64,000 bases of DNA from Candidatus Heimdallarchaeota archaeon (GTDB taxonomy: Archaea > Asgardarchaeota > Heimdallarchaeia > Hodarchaeales > Hodarchaeaceae): positions 3,646,277 to 3,710,276 of the forward strand of contig CP070695.1 of NCBI GenBank assembly GCA_020353515.1, in the 5' to 3' direction. This document shows positions 20,450 through 29,211 of this stretch, in pieces. The notes beneath the pieces are model-generated. The model saw only the letters and a program-made list of their open reading frames with translations. It was not told the DNA's origin and searched no databases. The position numbers and the translations under genes were made by a program. Positions within the stretch are counted from its first letter, which is position 1, and each line of letters starts with the position of its first letter.

Positions 20450-21547
20450 TTATGAATTGGTTTGTAATTGGCTTAAAATTGTTGCAACAAGTGAAAATCC
20501 TATCGATTCAACAGTTCCTGTGTTATCATTTCCTAATATTGCCATATTGAGGTTGTTAGAAGGTATATGTACTACAGCTGAAGTATAGCCAAAAATTGAA
20601 CCTGTATGTAACCAATATTTTAATCCGCTAATGTTACCCTCACCAATTCCCAAACCATACCCTTCCATCCAATCCTCCCCAGGTGTTGGGTAATAAAAAG
20701 ACAACATTTCTTTTAATGCTCTTTTACTTATGACCCTACCTCTAAAGAGATAGTCAAACCATTTTACGAGATCTGTGGCATTCGAGTACATTTCACCATA
20801 AGCCCAAGTAGCAATTGCTTCTCTGGGTTTAGTCATGAGATCATCCAAAGTTCCATTTTGGTTGAAATCGAACCAATTATGGGCAATTTGGAATTCAGAT
20901 GGAATAGTTTCATGATAATCGAAAAATATGCTCCTAAGGTTTAGAGGGTTCAAAAAACGATGTCGAATTTCATGGAATATTGTTGAGTGGGTTATAGATT
21001 CTACAATCATAATGAGTAACAAGTAGTTCGTCGAAGAGTAGTGCCACCCTTGACCAGGAGGGAAATAAGGTTTTTTTAGAAATGTAGTAATTATTTCATC
21101 TGGCGTCCAAACTTTTGTCAGGTCAAAAGAATCAAGTCTATTTCTATCATAAGAATTTGGATGTTCAACGTAGTCAAAATTTCCACTAGTGTGGTTTAAA
21201 AGCTGACGGATAGTGGTTTCACCATTTATATACTCAATTGGAGGAAGCCAATCTTGTATCTTATCTTCTAAGGAGAGTCTTCCATCTTCAATTAATTTCA
21301 AAACTAAAGCTGCAATGAAATTCTTATTGATGCTTCCAATATAAAATAAAGTGTCACGATCTACTAGCTCTGAATTTAGAGGATTTGACATGCCACTTGT
21401 GCCTACCCAAAGATCCTGTGTTGGAAAGATAATAGCGACAGAAATGCCTATTCCTTTACAAGCTCTCAATTCTTGATCTAAAATATCCTGCATTTCACAG
21501 ACTAGAGATTCATTGGTTAGAATGTTGTATTTATGGTTCTTGGTCAA
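20450..21547 (-). CDS. Serine hydrolase, beta-lactamase/D-Ala carboxypeptidase family
   Basis: F.IGSINK (SxxK), TIRQLLNHTSG, WHYSSTNY and HTG. Confidence 0.9.
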   Translation of the reverse strand: MTKNHKYNILTNESLVCEMQDILDQELRACKGIGISVAIIFPTQDLWVGTSGMSNPLNSELVDRDTLFYIGSINKNFIAALVLKLIEDGRLSLEDKIQDWLPPIEYINGETTIRQLLNHTSGNFDYVEHPNSYDRNRLDSFDLTKVWTPDEIITTFLKKPYFPPGQGWHYSSTNYLLLIMIVESITHSTIFHEIRHRFLNPLNLRSIFFDYHETIPSEFQIAHNWFDFNQNGTLDDLMTKPREAIATWAYGEMYSNATDLVKWFDYLFRGRVISKRALKEMLSFYYPTPGEDWMEGYGLGIGEGNISGLKYWLHTGSIFGYTSAVVHIPSNNLNMAILGNDNTGTVESIGFSLVATILSQLQTNS

Positions 21548-21854
21548 TTAAATACCAACCATTGTAATCAGCTATATTTTGATGAACAAAAATGCCATTT
21601 TATGAAACCTTTTGTACATTTGAAGAGACTATCAGTAATTAAGGAAAAACAGTTGAGGAGCGTCAAATATTCCGCCAATAGAACGGAAAAGAAATAGTAG
21701 CTCGAGCTCTCTTTTTATGTCTCACGTACCTCAAAAAATCACTATGGATTTCATTATCCATTTTTATCTTATTTTGTATTCTTTCATTTTTATAGAATTT
21801 TCGTAGGTATTTAGTAGGATTAATATGACTCAACATAAAATCAAACCTTCAATG

Positions 21855-21877
21855 AAAATGTAAATTTTTTACATTTT
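21855..21877. promoter_or_regulatory. Perfect inverted repeat, candidate operator or hairpin
   Basis: AAAATGTAAA-TTT-TTTACATTTT in the intergenic gap of about 460 nt. Confidence 0.35.
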
Positions 21878-22005
21878 ACCGTTTTGTGTATGATTTTTAC
21901 AATATATTTTATAAAGATATATATCGAGGCATTTCATAAAAAAAGAAATTCCAATCTTTTTCCTCTAATTAAAGCGTATTTTTATTGAGAAATGTTTATT
22001 TCAAC

Positions 22006-23061
22006 TCATTTATTGCTTATAATAATTTTTTTAACATCACTGGTAATATTTCTCATTAACAATAGACCTTTTTCAAGGTTTTCGATTGAAAATTCATGTG
22101 AGATAATTTTAGAAGGATCAATAATATTATTTCTAAGAAGTTCCAACGCTTCATGATTCTCATGAGGATTTGTAAAACTACCAAACAACGAAATTTCTTT
22201 ATTATATAATTCAAACAATTTTATTTGTACAGTTTCATCAGGTGGGGAAACTCCAAATATCAAGGATTTTCCCCCTCTGTTTAATAACTCTATTGCGTCT
22301 TTTGCTGTTCTGGATGAACCCACAGCCTCAATGGAAATATCTACTCCTTGTTTTTCAGTTTCATCATATACAATCTCTGTTAAAGAATTCTCACTTGGAT
22401 CAATAACTATATCTGCGCCAAGATTTGATGCAAGTATTCTTCGTGAACTATTTGGTTCACTGACTATTACTTTAGACTTATGAAGAGATTTGATTAAACT
22501 CACCATCAATAAACCTATAGGACCAGCACCTACAACTAATATTGTATCTATTGTTTGGATTTTCAAGCGATTTAGACCATGAATACAACATGCAATAGGT
22601 TCCATAAATAAGGCGTTTTTCAGTGAGACCTCTTTAGGTACTTTTACTACTGATGTACTGGGACATATGACATATTCAGCAAACCCCCCATTTTGAGTGA
22701 CACCAAGAGCGTCCCACTTTGTACAAAAATGAGGCCGATTTTTCTTACAATAATAACAATGATTATCTTCTCTCAGACCTTTATCTTTGCAGGAAAGATT
22801 TGGATTCACAGCAATTTTATCTCCAATTGAAAAGCCCTTTACTTTTGAACCAATATTTGATATTTTACCTGAAAACTCGTGGCCTCCAATAAGTGGATAT
22901 TTTACAAATGGAACCTGACCTTCATAGATGTGTAGATCAGTTCCACATATTCCACAAAAATGGATTTTTACTAATAGATCATAATTGCCTAGTTTTGGAA
23001 TTTTTCTATCACAAACATTAACAATACCTGGACGTTCGAATATTGCAGCTTTCATTTGCAT
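22006..23061 (-). CDS. Zinc-dependent polyol/sugar-alcohol dehydrogenase (MDR)
   Basis: CGICGTD, GHE, structural-Zn cysteines, EPIAC and GAGPIG. Start at the ATG near 23061/23055. Confidence 0.88.
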   Translation of the reverse strand: MQMKAAIFERPGIVNVCDRKIPKLGNYDLLVKIHFCGICGTDLHIYEGQVPFVKYPLIGGHEFSGKISNIGSKVKGFSIGDKIAVNPNLSCKDKGLREDNHCYYCKKNRPHFCTKWDALGVTQNGGFAEYVICPSTSVVKVPKEVSLKNALFMEPIACCIHGLNRLKIQTIDTILVVGAGPIGLLMVSLIKSLHKSKVIVSEPNSSRRILASNLGADIVIDPSENSLTEIVYDETEKQGVDISIEAVGSSRTAKDAIELLNRGGKSLIFGVSPPDETVQIKLFELYNKEISLFGSFTNPHENHEALELLRNNIIDPSKIISHEFSIENLEKGLLLMRNITSDVKKIIISNK

Positions 23062-23103
23062 TTTACATTGAACCCCTAAACAGTAAGCATGATTCAAAAA
23101 GAA

Positions 23104-25833
23104 TTAATCCAATTCTATACTAATGTGGTGAACAGAATTATCATCTAACTTTTCTAAATGTTGCCTTGGAATGAGAACACGATTCTCACTTCTCAGAAGG
23201 TCAACTTTCTTTTGATTTACATATACATTCTTAATTTGGTATTCACCAAAATCTTTTCGACTTTTATTCCTGAACATTATTTGTAATTTTCTCGCTGCAA
23301 ACTGTGTGCTAATTTGGGTGGTTCCATCATCTCTAAATTGTGAAGAGAGTAACATAGGGTCTAGTAAGAGATCTCCTAATTCTCCACGTATTCCGAACAC
23401 TCTAGTTACTAAAGTGAGAATTATCCAACTAGCCGAGCCAGTGAGATAGTGATACATCCCTCGTCCTTTCTGATTAACATATTCAGGGATTCCTGGGTAA
23501 ATTTTTGACTTATTGAAATCTACACAATAACGAAATAGAGTTTCCAAAATACTAAATCCTTCGTGTGCCATTCTTCTTGTGTAAAGTGCATTCGCATACA
23601 TAACAGCCATATGAGAGAACATTGCCCCATTTTCTTTATGACCATATGCAAAACCAAAGCATCGGCCCATATTTAACAGTATTTCGTTGAAATTTGTATT
23701 CAGTCTTACCCCCCCAACATTTTCATCCCATAGGTAATTATTCACTGAAGAAATTACGTTTTTAACTTGTTCATCACTAGCAATCCCACCCATTAAAGGA
23801 AAAACTTGACCTGTAAGAGTCATTCTTACCCCTTTAGGGTGATCTCCCTCTAGTCTTTTTCCATCATTATCATAATATCCATTAAACCAACTGTAACCTT
23901 CGTTGTTTTTGATCCATTCTTCAGTGCGAATATGGTTAGTAATCCATGTTCCTTTCTTTTCTAAATCTGATATCAAAGTTTCAATGTTGATTTGCACTTT
24001 TTCTCCCGAAATTGTATGTGAGCAGCTTTTGTAGAATCGACCAAGGATTTCTCGCTTTTCTTGTGGAGAAGAATAATCTATTGGTTCATTTAATGTATCT
24101 AAAAGGATGTTTAGCTCAATAGCAAGTTCAACAACTTTTATACCTCTTTTGATCTTAAGAGCTTTCAAAAGATTAGCTAATTCTAAAATATTACTCCCAA
24201 AAAAAGCAGTAAAAGCAACAGTTTCGCCCTTTTCTCTTGCCATGTCGAGTCCATCATTCCAATCAGCGCCCTCAAGCAGAATATTGTTATTTTCACCAAC
24301 ATTGAAAAATGATGATAGATGCTGAATTAGTAAATGTTCTAGTATTGATCCTTTGTATTTTAATCCGTTTTCAGTACTAAGTTCTGTGCCTTGGTTTGGA
24401 TTCCATTTTGTGTCATGTGCTGTACAACGGTTGATGTGTTTGTCTTTGAAATAATATTGAGGTTCTAAGAGGAATTCTATATCTCCACTTTGGTCAATAA
24501 ACAATTTTGTTGTCATAAAAGGCCAAGTTCCATGATCGCTCCATGTGCGGGGGATATCATTCCTATCAGCTTTAAATTCACCAAGTTCAATTCCAATTAT
24601 TGTTGCATTACTCCCATCAAATCTAATCCCTGCAAAATTGTTCAGGAGGAGGTTTCGGACATTCTTGGGTTCCATTAGCAATAAAGCAAGACAATCTTGC
24701 CAGATATCTCTCCAACCTCGGCCTCCTCGCCCATAATCATGATGGGGAAGAAAAGAACACCCAAAGATTCTTCTGAGAATTGGCTGCAATGTTACCCATT
24801 TCAACCATTTATCAAATATGTTGTCATTTGTCTTAAAACTAAGATAAAGCTTTTCTTTCCAATAATATTTAGTTTTTTTCAAGGTTTCTGTAAATTTCTT
24901 TTTGGATAGGAAGATTAAATCTTTAGTGAAGTCCTCATCCTCTGTAATACTAAGTACAATTCTGTATGATACAGTATCTCCTTTTGAAAGAGAAATAGTG
25001 TTGAATTTAAGCGCTCCTATCGCTTCATATCCCTCAAGATTTTGATCAGAGGTTATATAGTTTTGAGAATTGCAAACAATTGCTTCTGGCCAGTCTAATG
25101 TTCCTCCTTCTCCAACAAAGTCCTCAAAAAGCGGGAAAAATCCCAATGGGGGACGATCATCATTATCAACACCAAATACTCCGTAAGAAACTTCATTTTT
25201 CTTATGGCCTCGTTCATCAAAAGAAAACGTTGGTTTAACGGTGATTCCAAATTTTTCAGTTTGAATTCTATGTAATAAACTTGTTACATGCCGATGATCA
25301 CGTAAATTATCAGCTGATCTGCAAAATAACGGAATGCCAGAGGTAGGGGTAATTCTAAGGTCTTCTTCTCCAATATTTGTTAATTTTATTTCCATCAATT
25401 CTACTTTTCTGTTTTCTGACGGGATAAAGTTTAAGATCTGAGCCTGAATCCCGAATATTTGGCTTTTTCGGATAATTCTGTGCCAAAGGAATCCAGCCTC
25501 AAGCTTTACTCGCTCCTCATCAATAGAAAATTTTAGTTTTCTTTGGTGAGGTGAGTTTCCAGAAACTGACCATACTCCCTTATTCTCAATAAAACACCAA
25601 AAATCTCGGTTATTTCTTGTATTATGTAAATTCTCTATCGATACAGGAGTGAGAAGATAGTTATTATATCCGATTTTGATATCACCGTGTAATTCAGGGG
25701 TAATCGATGACATAATCCCCATCTCATTTACTAAAGGAAAATAAAGGTGAATTGCTTTATCAGGGGAATCTAAACAAAATTCACCATCTTCATTAATGAA
25801 AGTCCACCTTTCAGAGCCATAATTCTTCTTCAT
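23104..25833 (-). CDS. GH94 laminaribiose phosphorylase
   Basis: 909 aa. LYFPLVNE.G.MS.ITP.LHG, RSADNLRDHRHVTSLL, SFDERGH, SFLPHHDYGRGGRGWRD, GADWNDG (catalytic Asp) and GHKENGAMFSHM, matching my recollection of Paenibacillus laminaribiose phosphorylase. Confidence 0.88.
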   Translation of the reverse strand: MKKNYGSERWTFINEDGEFCLDSPDKAIHLYFPLVNEMGIMSSITPELHGDIKIGYNNYLLTPVSIENLHNTRNNRDFWCFIENKGVWSVSGNSPHQRKLKFSIDEERVKLEAGFLWHRIIRKSQIFGIQAQILNFIPSENRKVELMEIKLTNIGEEDLRITPTSGIPLFCRSADNLRDHRHVTSLLHRIQTEKFGITVKPTFSFDERGHKKNEVSYGVFGVDNDDRPPLGFFPLFEDFVGEGGTLDWPEAIVCNSQNYITSDQNLEGYEAIGALKFNTISLSKGDTVSYRIVLSITEDEDFTKDLIFLSKKKFTETLKKTKYYWKEKLYLSFKTNDNIFDKWLKWVTLQPILRRIFGCSFLPHHDYGRGGRGWRDIWQDCLALLLMEPKNVRNLLLNNFAGIRFDGSNATIIGIELGEFKADRNDIPRTWSDHGTWPFMTTKLFIDQSGDIEFLLEPQYYFKDKHINRCTAHDTKWNPNQGTELSTENGLKYKGSILEHLLIQHLSSFFNVGENNNILLEGADWNDGLDMAREKGETVAFTAFFGSNILELANLLKALKIKRGIKVVELAIELNILLDTLNEPIDYSSPQEKREILGRFYKSCSHTISGEKVQINIETLISDLEKKGTWITNHIRTEEWIKNNEGYSWFNGYYDNDGKRLEGDHPKGVRMTLTGQVFPLMGGIASDEQVKNVISSVNNYLWDENVGGVRLNTNFNEILLNMGRCFGFAYGHKENGAMFSHMAVMYANALYTRRMAHEGFSILETLFRYCVDFNKSKIYPGIPEYVNQKGRGMYHYLTGSASWIILTLVTRVFGIRGELGDLLLDPMLLSSQFRDDGTTQISTQFAARKLQIMFRNKSRKDFGEYQIKNVYVNQKKVDLLRSENRVLIPRQHLEKLDDNSVHHISIELD

Positions 25834-26052
25834 ATACTATCTCCGTTTCAACACGTTCGAATTATATAATTTACAGCCTTTAAAGCTGCAAATATAAGGA
25901 AATCCTACATTTTGAGATAAGTTTATTACTTCATCTTTCTTTTAACTCATCAATAAAATAATAGTGTGAGACATAAAACACTGTTTAAAAATCAAGTTGA
26001 ACCTTTTTACTACTGAAAATCTCTATTCGTCTAAGAAGAAGGAAGAATATAA

Positions 26053-26481
26053 ATGAATATTCCTAAAAATCTTTTAGAAATAAAAGAATATGTAGAAGAG
26101 GGTTACAAACCAGTCGTTGATTATGGAGCGTGGAGAGTAGCGATCCTAAATTTTATTGATGAACTTCTCCCTGAAAACATTGATTTTATGAGTAAGCATG
26201 ATGAAACAGATGAAGTTTTTGTTTTGTTGAAAGGTAATTGTCTTTTGTTCATAGGTGAAGGAAATGAAATGGAAATTACAAAATTGTACGCACAAAACAT
26301 GGTTCCTTATAAAATTTACAACGTCAAACGAGGAGTTTGGCATAACCATGTATTAAGTCGTGATGCAATGGTTTTAATAGTAGAAAACCAAGATACGACA
26401 GAATCAAATTCTCCTATTATAAAGCTTACAAAAAAACAGAAAGAACAGATTATAGATTTGACCACTGGTCTGGGGAGATAA
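26053..26481 (+). CDS. Conserved hypothetical cupin-fold protein
   Basis: H..TDEVFVLL.G and YNVKRGVWH cupin motifs. Confidence 0.65.
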   Translation: MNIPKNLLEIKEYVEEGYKPVVDYGAWRVAILNFIDELLPENIDFMSKHDETDEVFVLLKGNCLLFIGEGNEMEITKLYAQNMVPYKIYNVKRGVWHNHVLSRDAMVLIVENQDTTESNSPIIKLTKKQKEQIIDLTTGLGR

Positions 26482-26527
26482 TTTTCCAAATCAGTTTTAC
26501 CTAAGCGTAATTGATTGGATATTAACT

Positions 26528-27550
26528 ATGTGGTTGAGTATGAAAAGTAAATCAAAAAAACCTTTAACACTCACTGAGATCCAACAGATTATTGAATCCT
26601 CATTTAGTACTACTAATCTTGGATCAATCATAGAACTCACAGATGGGAGGTTTAATACTGCTTATTCAATTGAACTACCTGATCTTGGTCAAGAAGTTGT
26701 AATGAAAGTTGCACCTCTATCTGAAATAAAAATATTAACTTATGAAAAGAATATAATGAAAACGGAGGTTCAAGTATACAAGATTCTAAAAGAAAAAACA
26801 GAGGTGCCAGTACCAGAAATTTTAAGCTATAATTTTAAACATGATATAATAAATCGAGATTATTTAATTATGGAGAAGTTAAAAGGTATTCCTTGGGATA
26901 AAATTGAAAGCAATCTTAGCCATGAACAGAATGATCAGTTAAAATATAAAACGGGTATTTATGCAGCACAAATTAATTCAGTTATTGGGAACCATTTTGG
27001 ATATTTCACTGATAAGAAGAAGTCTTACAATAAAAGCTGGAAAAATACATTTGTAAATATGATTAAAAACGTATTAGATGATGGAATTGAATTAAATGCA
27101 GAGATTCCCCGATCCTCCAAGCATATTATGAGGTTGGTTGAGAACAAAGCTAAACTTCTAGATGATGTGAAAGTACCTCAGTTAGTGCATTGGGATTTAT
27201 GGGAAGGAAATATCTTCATAATTGAACAAGAGCAAGGATATTATTCTATTGAGGGAATAATTGATTGTGAACGAGCTCTCTGGGGTGATCCACTCATTGA
27301 ATACGAATTTATGCATGCACCAAGTAATCAAGCTTTTCTTAAAGGCTTTGAGACTGAAACAAACGAAAAATTTGAATTTACAGATAATTTAGAACAACGA
27401 AGGCACCTGTATAATGTCTACCTCTTTCTAATAATGGTCATTGAAGCAATTAGCAGAGGGTATTATGGGAGTAAAGCTATGAAAATAATACAATGGGCAA
27501 GGTTTGAGTTACAGAACAATATCTCTCAACTTGAGAAGAAATATAACTGA
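26528..27550 (+). CDS. Aminoglycoside phosphotransferase family protein
   Basis: ELT.G.FN.AY, VMKVAP, YEKNIM..E, LVHWDLWEGNI and GIIDCERALWGDP. Confidence 0.85.
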   Translation: MWLSMKSKSKKPLTLTEIQQIIESSFSTTNLGSIIELTDGRFNTAYSIELPDLGQEVVMKVAPLSEIKILTYEKNIMKTEVQVYKILKEKTEVPVPEILSYNFKHDIINRDYLIMEKLKGIPWDKIESNLSHEQNDQLKYKTGIYAAQINSVIGNHFGYFTDKKKSYNKSWKNTFVNMIKNVLDDGIELNAEIPRSSKHIMRLVENKAKLLDDVKVPQLVHWDLWEGNIFIIEQEQGYYSIEGIIDCERALWGDPLIEYEFMHAPSNQAFLKGFETETNEKFEFTDNLEQRRHLYNVYLFLIMVIEAISRGYYGSKAMKIIQWARFELQNNISQLEKKYN

Positions 27551-27641
27551 TATTTTTTTAATACAATATTGTTTCTTCATTATAATAAGATTTTAATATT
27601 TCAATTCTTTTTTGAAACAGAAAATTAAGGATATTACTAAT

Positions 27642-29060
27642 ATGTCGAATTCTATTCTATTTCCAAACGATTTTCTCTTTGGAGCTGCAACTAGCTCCTT
27701 TCAAGTTGAAGGAGCGTGGAATAAAGATGGGAAAGGAGAATCTATTTGGGATAAAATTTGCCACACACCTGGAACAATTGAAAATGGTGACACTGGCGAT
27801 GTTGCTTGTGACCATTATTCCCGTTATTCAACTGATGTTAAATTAATGAAACAACTTGGCCTTAATGCTTACCGTTTCTCCATTTCATGGCCTCGTATTT
27901 TTCCCACAGGAGAAGGTGAAGCTAATTCAAAAGGTTTAAAATTCTACGATCATCTTATTGATGAGTTAATTGAGAATGAGATTACTCCATTTGCCACTCT
28001 TTATCATTGGGATTTACCTTTAAAGCTGTACACCGCTCATGATGGTTGGCAGAGTGAAAAAGTTGTTGAGGCTTTTGTAGGATATGCCAATTATGTTTTT
28101 AAACAGTTTGGTGATCGTGTTAAACATTGGATTACTTTCAATGAACCTCAAGTCTTTGTAGGTCATCATCCCAATACCGAGGGGTTTAAGAAAACCTTCG
28201 GAATTAATAAAGGGGAATCAGAAAGAAGAACTGATGCAATTGTTGAACTGCAGAACGTGTACAAAGCCCATGCTCAGACAATCCAAGCTTATCGGGATTT
28301 AGATCATTCAAATGGAGGAAAGATTGGAATAGGAATCAACCTTCTACCAGTTTATCCTATATCAGAACACCCAAGTGATCAAGCACTGGTTCACATTGTC
28401 GATTCTGAAGCAAATAGGTTATATTTGGAGCCAGTACTATTGGGATCTTATCCTAGTGATTTAATTGAAAATTATGAGCGGATGTTTAAATTCCCATTCC
28501 CACAAGGTGAGACATCATTATTAAAATCCGTACTCCCATTGGATTTTCTTGGAATAAATTATTATACTAGGATACGAATTGGTTTTAATAATCCAGAAGA
28601 GATAACTGATGATGCATCATTTGCAAAAAAGCTCCAGGCTCGAGATATTCAAGTAAATCCTCCTCAGGAAGGGATGGAATGTTCTGAAATGAACTGGGAG
28701 ATTTATCCTGATGGCCTATATGATATTTTGAAGAGAGTGGACGAAGAATACAACCCTCCTGAAATATACATAACAGAGAATGGCATGGCAGGCAAAGATA
28801 ATAAGATAATCGATAATTTAGTGTACGATACTGATAGAGTGGATTATTTACGACAACACTTTATGCAAGCAAATAGAGCTATCAAGGTAGGAGTGAATCT
28901 TAAAGGATTCTTTATTTGGAGTCTTTTGGATAACTTCGAGTGGTTTCATGGCTATAGTAAACGATTCGGCTTAATTCGTGTAGATTTTGACACCCAGGAA
29001 CGTATTTGGAAGAAAAGTGCTCATTGGTATCGGCAGGTAATCGAAAATAAAGGATTCTAA
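27642..29060 (+). CDS. GH1 beta-glucosidase
   Basis: FP.DFLFGAATSSFQVEG, YRFSISWPR, TFNEP, ITENG and WSLLDNFEW. ATG at 27642. Confidence 0.93.
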   Translation: MSNSILFPNDFLFGAATSSFQVEGAWNKDGKGESIWDKICHTPGTIENGDTGDVACDHYSRYSTDVKLMKQLGLNAYRFSISWPRIFPTGEGEANSKGLKFYDHLIDELIENEITPFATLYHWDLPLKLYTAHDGWQSEKVVEAFVGYANYVFKQFGDRVKHWITFNEPQVFVGHHPNTEGFKKTFGINKGESERRTDAIVELQNVYKAHAQTIQAYRDLDHSNGGKIGIGINLLPVYPISEHPSDQALVHIVDSEANRLYLEPVLLGSYPSDLIENYERMFKFPFPQGETSLLKSVLPLDFLGINYYTRIRIGFNNPEEITDDASFAKKLQARDIQVNPPQEGMECSEMNWEIYPDGLYDILKRVDEEYNPPEIYITENGMAGKDNKIIDNLVYDTDRVDYLRQHFMQANRAIKVGVNLKGFFIWSLLDNFEWFHGYSKRFGLIRVDFDTQERIWKKSAHWYRQVIENKGF

Positions 29061-29211
29061 ATGCTGATGTTCTTTCACTTAGTCAGTTAATAGACTGGAT
29101 TTGAAGGGAAATTTTAGTAATGATTAATTTTTAACAAATATAGAATCTTTATAAGCAATTAACATAAGAAATTGAGAATAATCTTCATCAATCAAGTATG
29201 ATGAGAGAACA

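Noticed and set aside
23104-25833. Calling the GH94 and GH161 (54799-58038) genes cellobiose/cellodextrin phosphorylases, as automated pipelines often do
   Set aside because: Their lengths and motifs match laminaribiose phosphorylase and GH161 rather than the ~810-aa cellobiose phosphorylases.
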